A stretch of 64,000 nt of DNA. Source: Nitrospirales bacterium (GTDB lineage: Bacteria; Nitrospirota; Nitrospiria; Nitrospirales; UBA8639). Below are positions 11,032 through 23,544 of this stretch, piece by piece. A program made the position numbers and the translations under genes. How positions within the stretch are numbered: the first letter of the stretch is position 1; each line of letters opens with the position of its first letter. Under the pieces are notes generated by a model. It saw nothing but the letters and a program-made list of their open reading frames with translations, ran no database searches and was not told the DNA's origin. The stretch is taken from assembly GCA_965203295.1 (NCBI GenBank), contig CBDBCZ010000018.1, forward strand, positions 96,001 to 160,000, given 5' to 3'.

Positions 11032-14000
11032 CCCATAGCGGACGCGAAATTAATTTTATTCATTACGTATGCGCCTACGCGCGTGCCCATCATGTGACGT
11101 GAGACTGAAGAAAAAAGCACGTGCGAGCGGTTTTTGATGGAGTCGACTCTTCGGTTTGCCAAGGGCACAAGCGTTGCTGCGAAGATTCGAGAGTTGTATC
11201 TTGGCAACAAAAGGCCTCGGAGAGTCCACAAGAAAAGCCATTTTTAGAGCGATGGTGTTTTTCGCGTGATTATCCGGGATGGCTTTGAAGCGATAGAGAA
11301 GTACCCACATCCGCGGTGGAAACGGTGGAAAAGACATCAAGCGAAGGGGTGATGGCGCCAGTACAGGCCCGAGGTAAGTATAGGGAGGTGTGTAAAGGGC
11401 TTCATAGTGGGGGGGGGGGGGGGAGTGAGAATTATAAAACATGACATGCATACATTAGACACTATACTATCGAGACTTTTAGGTACGGTAATGGCGCTGG
11501 GTGTGGTAGGCTTGAAAACACGCTGAAGGGCACATGAACGGGTTGTCCGAGCAGGTAGCGCACTGATAGTGCGTCAAGTGCCTGGTGCCTCCCTGCCTGT
11601 CACTGCACACTACACAGTCCCTCCTCTTTCTTCCCTTCTGTAGGAAGTGCTTGACTGGCTGCAGACGCTCCACCCTTTGAGCACTTCGTGGTCCACTCCC
11701 CCTGGGAACAGCCGTGGAACGGATCGGCTCCGAGAGAGAGAGGATCAGCTGCCGTCTGAACTGAAGATGACGAATCGGTCGCTCGTTCCTCTCCATGGCG
11801 AGCTCCTTGTGAATGATGTAGGAGTTCACCACCACTACTTCTACAAACCAAAAGAAGACCTTGCGCCACCACTTGACAGACTTGTGGAGAAAGCTGTAGT
11901 AGCTCACAAGTTGGTCCATCTTGTCAACACCCAGCATGTGCTGGTTGTAGTCCTGGATAGCCTTGGGCTTCTTGGTTGCCGTTCTCGTTGGCCTGAATAA
12001 AAAATTGTGCAAGGTAAGTACATGTGCGTGTCCTCTTTCGTGTGTCTATGTGAACATGTGCGTGTGTTTGAACATGTGTATTTGTATGTGTACTTGTATA
12101 TGTTACTGTATAGTTATGTAAACCTGTGCATATATACTTCTAGCCGCCTTCCTAGCGATAGCCTCCACTTTGCTGCTTGTTTCGCACACCAAAGTAAGAA
12201 AGTGAACGTACATAACTGTAGAGTGGAGCCTAGGAACGAGTCTGAGTATAGTATGTGTGTGCAGCTGTGCATACCTAGGTGGCACATCTACCATGGAGAG
12301 CTCGTGTTTAGTAGTGATCATGAACACCTTCCTCTTGTCCACCCAATAGAATGCGAGCATGTCATCGGCACGATACCCGGTCAGAGTCCCACGAGGCTCT
12401 TTCTTCTTGCTCTGAAAGGTGGCGGGAAGACCCTTCCGGTTGGCCTGTACTGTCCCTGTTACGGTGATTCCAGCCTTCGCAAGCTCAACAGCAAGAAGGG
12501 GGCTGTTGTAGAACCTGTCTACATACAGGTCGTGACCCTTGTTGTGCATTCCATCGGCAAGAGTCATTACGACACGACATGTGTGCGGGAGATCTGGTTG
12601 GTCAATTAGCTGGGTCTCCTTCCCGTAATATACACAGATCTTGTACATGTACCCAGACTTGCTATCCGCCAGTGCGAACGCCTTTATTCCCCAGGGATTC
12701 GGTTTGCCCTTGAGGTACTGGCGAAAGCTGACTCGTCCCCGGAAGCTGATGACCGACTCATCAAGTGCAATCTCCTGGCCGGGGGTATATGCGGATTCGA
12801 TCGCTGGGCGGAGCTGGTCCAGGAGTGGTTGGATCTTAGACCGCTTGGTGGTGCCATCGAGCTCGCCGACATGAAGGGCTCCAAAGATCTGAAAAAAGCG
12901 ATCGCGGGAGAAGACGGACCGGAAGAATGGCAAGTTGGTTGTGCAGTCGGTAGCCCAGTAGTCTTTCAGGTTGTTTAGCTGAATAATCCCCATGTTGAGG
13001 ATAACAGCAATGAACCCCTTCATCTCCTCGACACTCACAGGCTTCCAGTTTCTGTAGAGCGAGTGGGCTGAGACGGTCATGGACGCAATCTTCCTCTGGG
13101 CGTATGCATTCGTCTGCTCAACTAGGAACTGCCAGAGGGAGTCGTCAAAAAACAACGCAAAGCACTGCTCAGGCGTCCGACAGGTGGGAGGAACGTGCGG
13201 GCCACGCTGCTCAGTGTATGGCCGAGCTACAGGTGCGGTGTCTGCTCCTATCAAAAGAATTATTATTGTAGCGTCAATACTATAATTATGTATTACATGC
13301 ACTTTGGAGTAATGGTCGGGTCATACCTTCTGCCACTTTCTGCCAATTGTATGTAGGGGCATCCCGAGCAGCTCTACCACTCCTGTGGCCTCTGCCCCTG
13401 CTGCTGCCTGTACTGGCTCCTGTGCCCCTCCCCCTGCTGCTGCCTCTACCTCTCCTTGCAGCTCTGCCCCTCCCCCTGCTGCTGCCTCTACCTCTCCTTG
13501 CAGCTCTGCCCCTCCCCCTACTGCTCCCAGTAGAATGTCCTCGGCACGAGACTCTGCCCCTCCCCCTGCTGGTGCTTCTCCCTCTGCTGGATTCACCAGG
13601 CCCTCCCCTGCCACCCACTGCATCACTGTCGTCATCACTGCTGCTGCTCTCACTCTCATCACTGCTGCTGCTCTCACTCTCTTCACTGCTGCTGCTCTCA
13701 CTGCTCATGCCTTCATCACTACTGTTCTCTTCCTCATCACCACTGTACATATCTACTTCCATCTCACTATCAGAATGCATCTCAGAAAACATCGTTAACG
13801 CCTGCTCGGTATTCATGAGGGCTGCCATCGTTAGTCCACGCCTCCAACAGCTGTCGGAAGCCTTTACAAGTAATCGTACCCGCCCGCAAGATAATGAAGG
13901 GGCTTCCTCCCTGCTTGTCACGCATGCGTGACAGTCGTCCGCGTAGTACAATTACGCTGTCACGAATACGTGACATTCGTGTCCACCGCGCATGCGCGTT

Positions 14001-14033
14001 TGTCACGGATTTGTGACAATCGTCCGCTATGGG
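11032..14033 (-). mobile_element. piggyBac element B, complete
   Basis: Perfect 13-bp TIRs CCCATAGCGGACG; TTAA TSD at 11028-11031 and 14034-14037. Confidence 0.93.
11479..13828 (-). CDS. piggyBac transposase B, three exons (~13828-13327, ~13247-12274, ~11992-11479), apparently intact
   Basis: IALDES, YVDRFY and GVDKMDQ catalytic Asp motifs; C-terminal CVVC..CATC..C..C..H; GT-AG junctions join in frame; acidic and RG-rich N-terminus. Confidence 0.88.
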
Positions 14034-14041
14034 TTAATGGG

Positions 14042-14505
14042 TTAAAAGTCAAGCTGAGGTTCAGTACATTAAGTTTAGCACTTTCCAACGGTTTACCTAA
14101 GTTTTAGAACTTTAAAGGTCAGAGTGAGGTTCAGCACATCACTACTTTTTGGTTGAGCACTTTCCAAAGGTCTCCCTGAGGTTCAGCACAGCAATTTTAA
14201 AGTAAAGCACTTTTTAAACCTCCTGAGGTTTAGTACATCAGTCTATTCAGCTTCAGCACTTAAAAGGTCAACCTAAGGTAAAGAACATTAATTTTAACAC
14301 TTTTAAAAGATTTACCTGAAATTAACACTTTCCAAAGGTTTATTTGAGGTTCAGCACATAACCATTTTAAAGTAAAGCACTTTTAAACCTTGTCCTGAGG
14401 TTCAGCACATCACTCTATTGAGGTTTAGCCCTTAAAAGTCAAGCTGAGGTTCAGCACATTAAGTTTAGCACTTTCCAACGGTTTACCTAAGTTTTAGCAC
14501 TTTAA
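14042..14505. repeat. ~390-bp tandem repeat, right part
   Basis: TTAAAAGTCAAGCTGAGGTTCAG at 14042 and 14432 (period 390). Confidence 0.88.
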
Positions 14506-15641
14506 TTAACCCTTTAAACCCCGTAGACATCTACACAATGTTCTTGTACACGTTTTGCACTGTTTCCTAAAACAAGGTTTTATTATTTTCTTAGGTTTAA
14601 ACAGTGTGAATGGAAATTGTTTCTGTTGTCTGAATGTATGGGGATGTTTCCCTGTGTACATGACTGGGGTTGACGTTGATGGACTTTGATTCAGATGTGT
14701 GCCCTTGCCTGGGTTAGGGTTCTGGGTTGCGCCCCTAAAATGTGTCCCTCGGCCCTTCGGAGCGTCCCTAAACGGCGTCCCTCCTTGGAATGTCCCTCAG
14801 CAATGTTATAGCGTCCCTCGGCTTTTGATAGAAAAACATTTGTGTCCCTCTGTTATATAAATCTTTTAATTGGAGTCCCTACTCAGTTGTATAGTGGTAC
14901 TATAGAGTAATGGGTAAAATTGGTAGAACAATAGTTGCTGTAAAATATTGATGGCTAAGGTGTATGCATAATAAAGAATGCTGGAATCAAGAACAACAAT
15001 AACTAGAGGTCTCTAGCAGAGACATACCCCGCGCTCCTGGACCATGCAGACTGTAGCGCCGTATGCGAGCTGTAGGCATGGCTGATCGCCGTAGTAATGA
15101 TACATGCGTTTCTCTACGTATACTCCAGTATGCTTCTATCTGAATATCTCTTCTAAGCTCCATGTTGAATATAACCCTTTACACCCGAACGCGCATGCGC
15201 AGATGTGACGGCGTGCCACGAGACTTTTCTGAGTAAAATGGCGTCAAATTAATGGCTCGCGGAACTCGGCGAGAATCTCGGAAAAGAAGCGACTTTGTGT
15301 ACTGCAAGCGGGTTTTATTCGAAAGCTTATTTATATTGGATCCTGTTTACGTCAAAAATAGAAAGCAATCTTCAAGACTTAAACCCGTGACCGGCGACAT
15401 TTTGCTCTATCGCGCCGCGTTACTTTGGAGCGGGAGTTGCTGGAGCATCTGACGACTCTGGGTGAAGTTCACGCCGCTAAAGGTAGGTATAATGGTAAGG
15501 GATAATAAACGGGATGGGTTTGGTCGTATAGTTTGATTGTCTGCGTTTTAGTGTGAAGAGGAGAGGGTGGAGTTTGACCTACATGTAGACATGCATTGAA
15601 TATACACAATGAAGAATAGCAAGTACCCAAGTAGTGCACAG

Positions 15642-18159
15642 TTATGTGTAGCTATGCTCAGTGTGGTATTGGATAAAACAACCACCACGGCATAAATTTA
15701 TGCCACATCTATTACATCCGAAGGTGGTCTCCGGAGTGCGCCCAGAAGGAGTTTTGACCGCAAGCCTTGAGCAGTTGACGCATGCTCGTTTCCTACCAGT
15801 GAACTTCACTTCCTGATGGCCTGGAAGGTTCGGTAGGGCTACTGTGTTGTCCACTGTTGTGCACTTCCGCTTTCGACCTGGGTATCGCTTCCTTCCACAG
15901 AAGCCACCGATTAGCTGTTTGGCAAGATCAAGTTTGAAGTGCAGCAACGAACGGCGGCTCCTGGATGAATGCGAGTGCGGAGAAGTGCGCTCCAGAATCA
16001 GGGCGTTGATGACCGAGACATCCAGCAGGAACCAAAAAAGGTACCTCCACCACTTTTTACCTGAGCGGCCGGAGGGGTAGTATGACCGTAACTGGTCGCT
16101 CAGATCAACCCCCCCCCATTGACTGATTGTAAGAGCGAATGGGTGCGGGTATGCTGGTGTCCCGAACATGAGGGGGCTGTTTGGATCGTCGTTGGACCGT
16201 AACAGTCTCATTCGGGTCGGAATTCGACGAAAGTACGGCAACCTGTCGTTTGTCGAACCAAACTGTCAGAAGCTGGTGACCCTTCTGTAGTTGACGGATT
16301 TCCCCAGGCTTGAGCTTGATGGATGCTCTGCCTACCTTGAAGGGAGGAGGGTACCTGTTGGCCCGGAGGGTTCCACATCCGTACGTACCAGCCCGCAGCA
16401 ATTCCTCCATTAACTCTTGAGAGTTGAAGAAATTGTCAAAACACAAGTGATGGTTGGACTGGTGAAAAGGCTTGCTGATATCCATCACTACTCTCGTGCC
16501 TAAGGCTTGCCCAGCACGGTCACTGGGGGGAGCTTTGCCGAGGTACACTTCGAAGTTGCTGACATAGCCGGTTTTGGATTCAGCTAACATCCACACCTTA
16601 ATCCCCCATTTCACAGGCTTCTTCGGTAGGTACTGTCGGAAGAACACTCGCCCCTTGTACTTGACCATGGCCTCATCGATGCTCAGATCTCTGTCTGGCA
16701 CATACTGCTCCAGGAATGTGCGCTCGCACATGGTCAGCAAAGGCCTGACCTTGTATAAGGCATCATGACTGGGATCGTCCCTGGCTGGCTGTTGTTGGGA
16801 GTCATTCATATGGAGGTATCGGCACAGTGACTCAAAACGGTCTCGAGTGAAGACTCGTTGGATCCCTACGTTCCCGAGGAACTCATCAGTTGACCAATAG
16901 TTGCAGAGCTCAGGCTTTTGGTCAATGCCCATGATCATGTTGACCCCAACGAACGCTTTCATCTCCTCTGGAGTAGTTGGGTACCATTTCACATCTGGCT
17001 TACTCGTCTGTCTCTGCTCTGCATACAGGTTGGTCTCGGTGGCAAGACGCTCGAAGAAAGATGGCTCCCAGAAGAGGCTGAAGATATGCAATGGCATGGT
17101 GTCTGGTCCGAGCTGGTGCACTGGGCCCGGAGTCTCGGTGAAGGGAGCAATTTGGATGCGATGAAGGTCGCTCGACCATTCCTTGCCAATCATGTCATTG
17201 ATAGCTGCATAGAAAGGTGAGAAAGTGTAATGTATTGAGAGAACATACCAACAATTTGTGAAGACTACATGGTGGTGGTGGTAGTAATGGCGGAGCGAGG
17301 GTGTCTGGTGTTTGCGGTGGGTTCCGCTCTTGTGTGGGTGGGGAATGGGGGTCCGGTGTTGGGGGAGGGTTGATCTCATCCCGTGTGGGTGGGGTACGGG
17401 GGTCCGGTGTTGGGGGAGGGTTGATCTCATCCCGTGTGAGTGGGGTGCGGGGGTCCGGTGTTGGGGGAGGGTAGATCTCATCCCGTGTGGGTGGGGAGTT
17501 GAGATAGTCTGTGAAGTGAGAATGCATAAAATAATCTGCAGGTATAATATGGACAATGATTGCCGGCTTCAGCAAAATCGTGTAATGCAGCTGTTGTGTC
17601 ATAAGAAGAGGTAACTGATTATATATGAACATGAAAGTGGTTCCAGCACTTGGGCATTCTCTGGTGACATCACAGTGCATTTTGTGATTTTTTCTCAATC
17701 CATCTATTGGACTATTATGCTTACCGTCATCTGTTTCGTTCCAGCCATCCATCTCATGGGGGGAAACCGGGACCTCAGGGGAAGTATTGGCCCCTATTGC
17801 GAAGCAGAGAATGGAATGATCTGCCGCTGAACAAACTAAGTGTCATGATTTACCTCTTTCCGCTCTGTCGGCATATGTGGTGGAATTTCCTTCATCTTCA
17901 ACATCATCCCAGTTGTCACCATCTGTGCACATGCAGGTTCTGAATGTAATGTGCATGCATCATGTCTAATAGTTGTATATTAGTATCTACATGTACCAGC
18001 AAATCTGTCAGCACTCCAGTCCTCACTTATCTCCACCTCTAGGTCTGATTCGTCGGAGTCTAGTGGAGCCTCAACATAAGAAAGGCCAAACTGAGCCTCA
18101 AAGAGCTGCCTGTCTGCCAGGATCTCATCCAAGGCGCTGCCATTTGATGTAGAAGCCAT
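15642..18159 (-). pseudogene. piggyBac transposase C, intron-containing, frameshift in a G9 run (16109-16117)
   Basis: SIDEAM, CFDNFF and GGVDLSDQ motifs split across ORFs 16105..17556 and 15642..16241; C-terminal Cys-rich domain. Confidence 0.88.
17330..17495. repeat. 51-bp tandem repeat (~3 copies) within piggyBac C
   Basis: Repeated CCGTGTGGGTGGGG...GATCTCATC units. Confidence 0.85.
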
Positions 18160-18889
18160 GCCTGCAGCTCTCCATTCAATGTGCTCTGTTACTGCAGCTG
18201 CATGCTTCGTGATTGGAGCCTTTTTCATTTACCTGTTACTTATGTAAACTGATGGTGTAAGTGTAAACTTGTGGTTGGATTTTCGGGGAAAATCCCTATT
18301 AGTCCCTCCCATTGCTTATAGTGCACGAGAAAGTGTAGCCTGCGAGTACTGCATACTGACGCTTTACTGGTAAGTTGAACGCGCTGTGACGAAATGATGC
18401 TCGTTTAAGTATGACCGCCTCTTTACGGGCGCATGCGGGCGCTCTCGGGGTTTGTACGTACTTAAATATTGGGCGCATACGGGCGCTATCGGGTGTAAAG
18501 GGATAAAGACTCGTATACCCTACTCGAGGGCTCGCATATGTTCGTATTCAAGCTGTAGGCGTGACCAACTGCCGTATTAAAAAAGGCGTGACCACTTGCC
18601 GTATTAAAAAAATGGTGGAACACACCGATAATCAGAAACAGTGTGGAAATGCCGAGAATAAAACCGCTTTACTATGTCAGGTACAGACAGGCTAATGTAT
18701 CACGGATTTCAGCGTTTGTCTTCGGTTTAGAAGTCGTTATAGCCTCTAAATCGCCCGTTTGAGAGATTTTTCAAAAATTTTTATGATAACGACAACGACG
18801 ACGACGACAACAGACGGACAAAACCGATTACGCGCGCGGGGTAAATATAGCATGGTGGTACTCCCCCCCCAAGGCTGGTAAGCATTCAC

Positions 18890-19762
18890 TTCTGCTTCCT
18901 ACCCGAGAGCCCGAGGCCGCAGAGGCCGGGGAAGTCGATCCGGAGAGAGCTCTGCAGGCAGAAACACACTACATTACTGAACACTAGAAAAACCAAACCG
19001 AAACCCACTTGTAACCCTACAGATTATGTTATAAACCTATCATCATGTAATCTATCAGACACTGAGATATCTATTCTGGCTAAAGGCCTTTCATTTATTC
19101 CTAAACCTAAAAACCTAAACATACTTGACCTCTATCATGACACCAATCTATTTGTAAAGAGAATGCGAACCCGCTTTGAACTATTTGGTAAACCTACCAA
19201 ACCTAAATCTCCCTTTTGGAAACCCCACCCAAACACTAACCAACAACCTACACCTGAACATAGACTACGCTCAGTCCTCAAACGATAACCTCACTAGACG
19301 TGAGTGTATAGCACTTTCAAACCTTATGGAAAGGACTGACATAGTTATAAACAAAGCCGATAAAGGCTCTACTATTGTAGTCCAGGATAGACTCCAATAC
19401 ATTGAAGATGATCTTAAACATCTCTCAGATACAACCGTATATGAATTATTATTGTCAGACATCACACCCTTGATCAAAGAAGGGATCCAAACAAAACTAC
19501 ATGGTCTATATGTCACCGGCATGCTAGACAAAGAAATGAAAGAGTTCTGTGTACCACCAAAAAATCACAGAACCTCCACACTATATTTTCTTAAAAAGAT
19601 TCACAAGAATCCTATGGGAATCAGACCCATCGTGTCTAGCTGCAGCAGTGTCACTGAAAATATCTCACAATTAGTAGATATTTGGTTACAACCAATCATG
19701 AGGAAACTTCCCTCTTTGATCAAAGACACTACAGAGTTTATAAACTTAATCGAAGGGACTCC
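18890..19762 (+). pseudogene. Penelope-like RT fragment (N-terminal and fingers region)
   Basis: VINLSS..LAKGLSFIPKP, VINKADKGST, LYFLKKIHKNPMGIRPIVSS; truncated before motif A and joined to YR copy 2. Confidence 0.88.
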
Positions 19763-19986
19763 TTTCCAGTATTGCAGTTATGACTACCCATTCTCTTTTC
19801 TGAAGACTTCGATGGTAGTGTACAAGAGAGTCAAGCTATGGATGAAGGTAAGCTGGAATGATCAACATACATTATGAAATGAAGTGTATGTGCTGTAACT
19901 AGTAAATCATTTTATTTTGGCCTTGGAAGACTACACCCAATGTCAGCCAACCACTTCGAAGGGCACATGGCGCCGCTTCGTGTTTA

Positions 19987-21767
19987 TTGAAGAAAAGAAA
20001 ACCAAGATCGACAATATATACTATCGTAAGTGTCCAGTGCCTGGATGTCGCTCAAAAAAGGCGCAAAAAAAAGCTACCCAATCACTCTGACTATGCACAC
20101 AAGAACTTGACCCCACAACAGCGTGACTACTACCTGGAAGTGGCAAAGCGTGTGCCAAGAAAGGACTCCAAGAAGAAAGTAATACCCAAAATAAAAGGCC
20201 AGTTGGCACTCCACCAAGTGGTCAAGCCACCAAGCCCAGACGTATCCAGTGATGAAGACGTGAAAGAGGAAGCACCAACTACAGCAGGAACACGGGAATT
20301 CCCACGGTATGACATCAAGGGGGACACCACCCTGATCTCCTTCCGCCAGCACCTTCAGAGCATGGATGGGAAGGATAAATCAGAGAAGGTTGCCAACGAG
20401 ATGGCCACAGATGTTTCTAAATTCCTGAAGTTTGCCTGCGGAGAGCAGGTCGTCCCTGATTGGCGCAGGTTGTTGGATCGGGACCAAATCATGGCATTCA
20501 TGGACAAACTTGAATGCCATGGTTGTGGTTCTGATGGTAGGGTGACAAAGCTGGATGCCATTGATGCTGCCCTACGCTTTTTCAGGCTCGAGCTCCTCAA
20601 AGACGATCCAAGCAATGTCCTGTATGCAAAAGCTATGAAGATAACTGAAACCATCAAGGGTTGGAAGGCCACCCTCCGCAAGCAGAAGACCAGGAAGCGA
20701 ATCCAGCGCATGGAGGAGCTAAGTGCAGAAGCAGATTCATTATCTCTCGAGGATGTTGAAAACATTATCCATGTGGATGCAATGTGGAGTGATTTTACCT
20801 CACTCGCTGACAGGCTGGGGAAGGGTTTGCCTGTTACCGATGCTGAACTCAATTCCTGCACAGTTATGGTCGCCACATTGATAACCTTCCGTAGTTGGCA
20901 GCGACCTGGGGCTGCATACCACCCGACACTGAAAGAATGGGGGAGAAGAACTGAGACAAAAGATGGGAAAGATGTGTCGGTGGTTATTAAGGTTCTGAAG
21001 CACAAGACCGGACTCTCTGGCAGTGCCAAAGTGGTGCTCAAGCCAGCTGACTACTCCAAGGTCTTGGCATACGTAACCACCATGAGGCGCTTTCTGGATC
21101 CTCAGAACAATTCGCCTTACCTGCTGTGCCTGAGTGGGGGACGACAACTTACCACCTTCAATGCTCGCTTAAAGACTCTGTCTAAGAATTACGGCTTTGA
21201 ACACATGACGGCAACTAAGGTCAGAAAGATCACTGCTACAGAGGCCGCTCTAAAGCTGACTGGGCCGCAAGCTGCCCTCGTGTCAAAGCAGCTGTCGCAC
21301 ACACCGGACACTGATGCCAAGTTTTATCAGCCCCTTTCTGGGCCACAGCACGCAGCGCTTGCTGTGAGCTTCCTTAGTAAGGACAAGCCAAAAAAATGGA
21401 GCCTCAGCCGAATCCACAGCCACAGCCTCAGAGTCTCATCCCTAGGACACAGCCTCAGATGGATGCACAGCCACAGTCACAACCTAACCCCAACCCTGAG
21501 CTTCAGCCACAGCCCCAAGCTGACCAGGCTGCCAGTGACCCTCAGACACCAAACAAATCTCCAGTGAAGGTGACAAAGAAGAAGAGATGTTTCACTAAGG
21601 ATGAGACAGAGACCGTGCGTATGTACTTTGAGGACTATATCCAATCAAGAAATACTCCCAACTTGGAGGAATGCAAGAATTTTTGCATCAACCACCCCAT
21701 GAACAGGTGCAAACAGCAGATCCAGGATAAGGTAAAGGATCTTATCAAGCGGGCCAAGCTAGGATGA
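19987..21767 (+). pseudogene. Tyrosine recombinase-like protein with C-terminal Myb-like domain (YR copy 2, most complete; frameshift near 21390)
   Basis: Helical N-domain (ATDVSKFLKF), WQRPGA (Arg), KHKT (Lys), TATKVRK, LSHT..FY; tail KKRCFTKDE...RCKQQIQDKVKDL in ORF 21396..21767. Confidence 0.82.
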
Positions 21768-22574
21768 TTATTATACATATCCAGAACTCTATACTAACGT
21801 GATTGTTGCTACATACCCCAACTCTACACTCCCTCAGGATGATTGCTACATACATAGTCAGATTGTTACATATCATATACTGTTAATAATTCACCAATAT
21901 CGACAAAGAAAAGAAAAAGTTTGTAATTTTCCCCTGATGACATCACCATGGAAATGTTCCTACCAAATTTCAGACCGCATCACTGAGCTCCAGTCAGCTC
22001 CTTCCGGTTTCCATCACGATGGACACATGACCCGGTCACTTCCTGCCAATCCTCATTGCCATCACACTTTTGTGCAATGGTTAACTGAACTTTGGTAGGA
22101 GCTCTTTCCATGAGGATGTCATTTCTTCGCATTGGGTAATCCTTTTCACAGCGAGAACACTACCTAAAGGAGATAAGAATGAATGCAGTCATGTTTTTCT
22201 GCATAATGCAACAGTATACAGTAATGGTGTTACAGTATCGTAGCTCCTATTGTTCCTAACTCTAACTCACAAATACCCAAGGTCATTGCATGAGTGAGAA
22301 GAGTGTGCTGTAAAATGGGACGTGTAACCATTCCGGGCCCCTGCAATGGTAAAAAAAGTCTAAATAGTTACTGTATATTTAGTGCAACGTCCCATTTTCA
22401 ACAGTGCAGGACGGCTAATATTAACACTGAGAAAAGACAAAAAGGCTAAGGATGGAATCAGAAGTGTCCCAGAAAAAGGCCCATTGTCCCAGAAATCACA
22501 AAAAAACGTCCCGATAGGCGGGAAATGGGACCTTTCGGGGGCATTTGGGACGCTTTTTGGGACGATAACCATGG

Positions 22575-22619
22575 CCCTAACCCTAACCCTAACCCTAACC
22601 CTGACCCTAACCCTAACCC
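22575..22619 (+). repeat. Telomeric repeat tract (CCCTAA)n
   Basis: About 7.5 units, one CCCTGA variant; preceded by a GGGAC/GTCCC motif cluster. Confidence 0.95.
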
Positions 22620-23544
22620 AACACGAGGTTGCCACAGATACTTTAGGGACGTAACCAAAGCATCCCACCCAGAGTGTTGTCAAAGTGCCGCAGTTTAGGC
22701 TGACACTGTGAGATTGCTTTAGGGATACAACCAAAAGTGTGCAGAAAAATGCATGAGGTTACCACCGATGTTTAGGGACGTAACTAACATGTCCTTCCGA
22801 AGTGTGACCAAACTGATGCTCGAATCTAAGCTAACACTGTACAGGTGTATGCATGAGGAATTAGAGACATAACCATTACCATTGTGCAGTTCATGCTCAT
22901 GAAAATCCAGAGTTAAAGTGCAGTGATTGCTATAACGCTGACAAATTATTCAGGGTAATAATTACTTCCACTAAAGTGTAAGTTTGCCAAGTTGTAGTGA
23001 CAAGTGTCTTTTTTCACCCAGAGTGTGATTGATGTCACCTACCAAACGGATGTACAACCCAAGCACAAAGGTAAAACTTTGCCAGACCTCCATTTTGCCG
23101 TTAGTGTGACCGTAAAGCTAATTCCCATTTATCGCAACAGCTTACCCTTTAGCCACTTCCATCTTTCATCCAGGTTTAGAGCAAACAATTGATCTCACAG
23201 ACTCACCACAGGTTAGCTTAGTTGAACTGCAGTGTATTCGGTCTAAATCTACAAGTTCTAGTACCTACAATAAGTATACACCTAGTTAGTTTTGGCCAAT
23301 GTAACGGTTTTAACAGTGATCAATGCAGTGCCTTAAGCAAGCAGAATGTAGAGTTTGGGTTTGGTAAATGTTAACTGCTGGCAGGTAGTGTACATTACTA
23401 ATCTTTTCATCATAGCCTTCAAAGAAGCCAGTGCCAGCCTCTTTGCCGGCTGAAGCTGTAATAGAGCTGGGAGAAACTGTACGTGATGTTTGTGCTTGTA
23501 TGCGATTTAATTTAACCCTTCCATCACTTTAACTCTTGAAGGAA

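Larger units (their letters stand above)
2133..14041 (+). mobile_element. piggyBac element A (hosts the MULE and piggyBac B)
   Basis: Left TIR CCCTTTAACCCCGA after TCAA (mutated TTAA). Right TIR TCGGGGTTAA[B]TGGG followed by TTAA 14042-14045. The empty site GCCC-TTAA-AAGTC is seen in the next repeat unit near 14431. Confidence 0.85.
15175..18502 (-). mobile_element. piggyBac element C with ATAA target duplication
   Basis: Perfect 14-bp TIRs CCCTTTACACCCGA; ATAA at 15171-15174 and 18503-18506. Confidence 0.9.
15001..18847 (+). mobile_element. Non-autonomous Helentron/DINE-1-like (HINE) element interrupted by piggyBac C
   Basis: Starts AACTAGAG; subterminal inverted repeats TACCCCGCGC (~15025) and GCGCGGGGTA (~18834); GAC/GACG microsatellite near the 3' end. 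Confidence 0.5.

Noticed and set aside
13321..13931. Overlapping Ala/Leu/Pro-rich ORFs
   Set aside because: Alternative frames and antisense of the low-complexity exon 1 of piggyBac B.
19176..21767. RT next to YR read as a DIRS-type retrotransposon
   Set aside because: The RT is Penelope-type and truncated before its catalytic motifs; no RNase H or DIRS terminal repeats.
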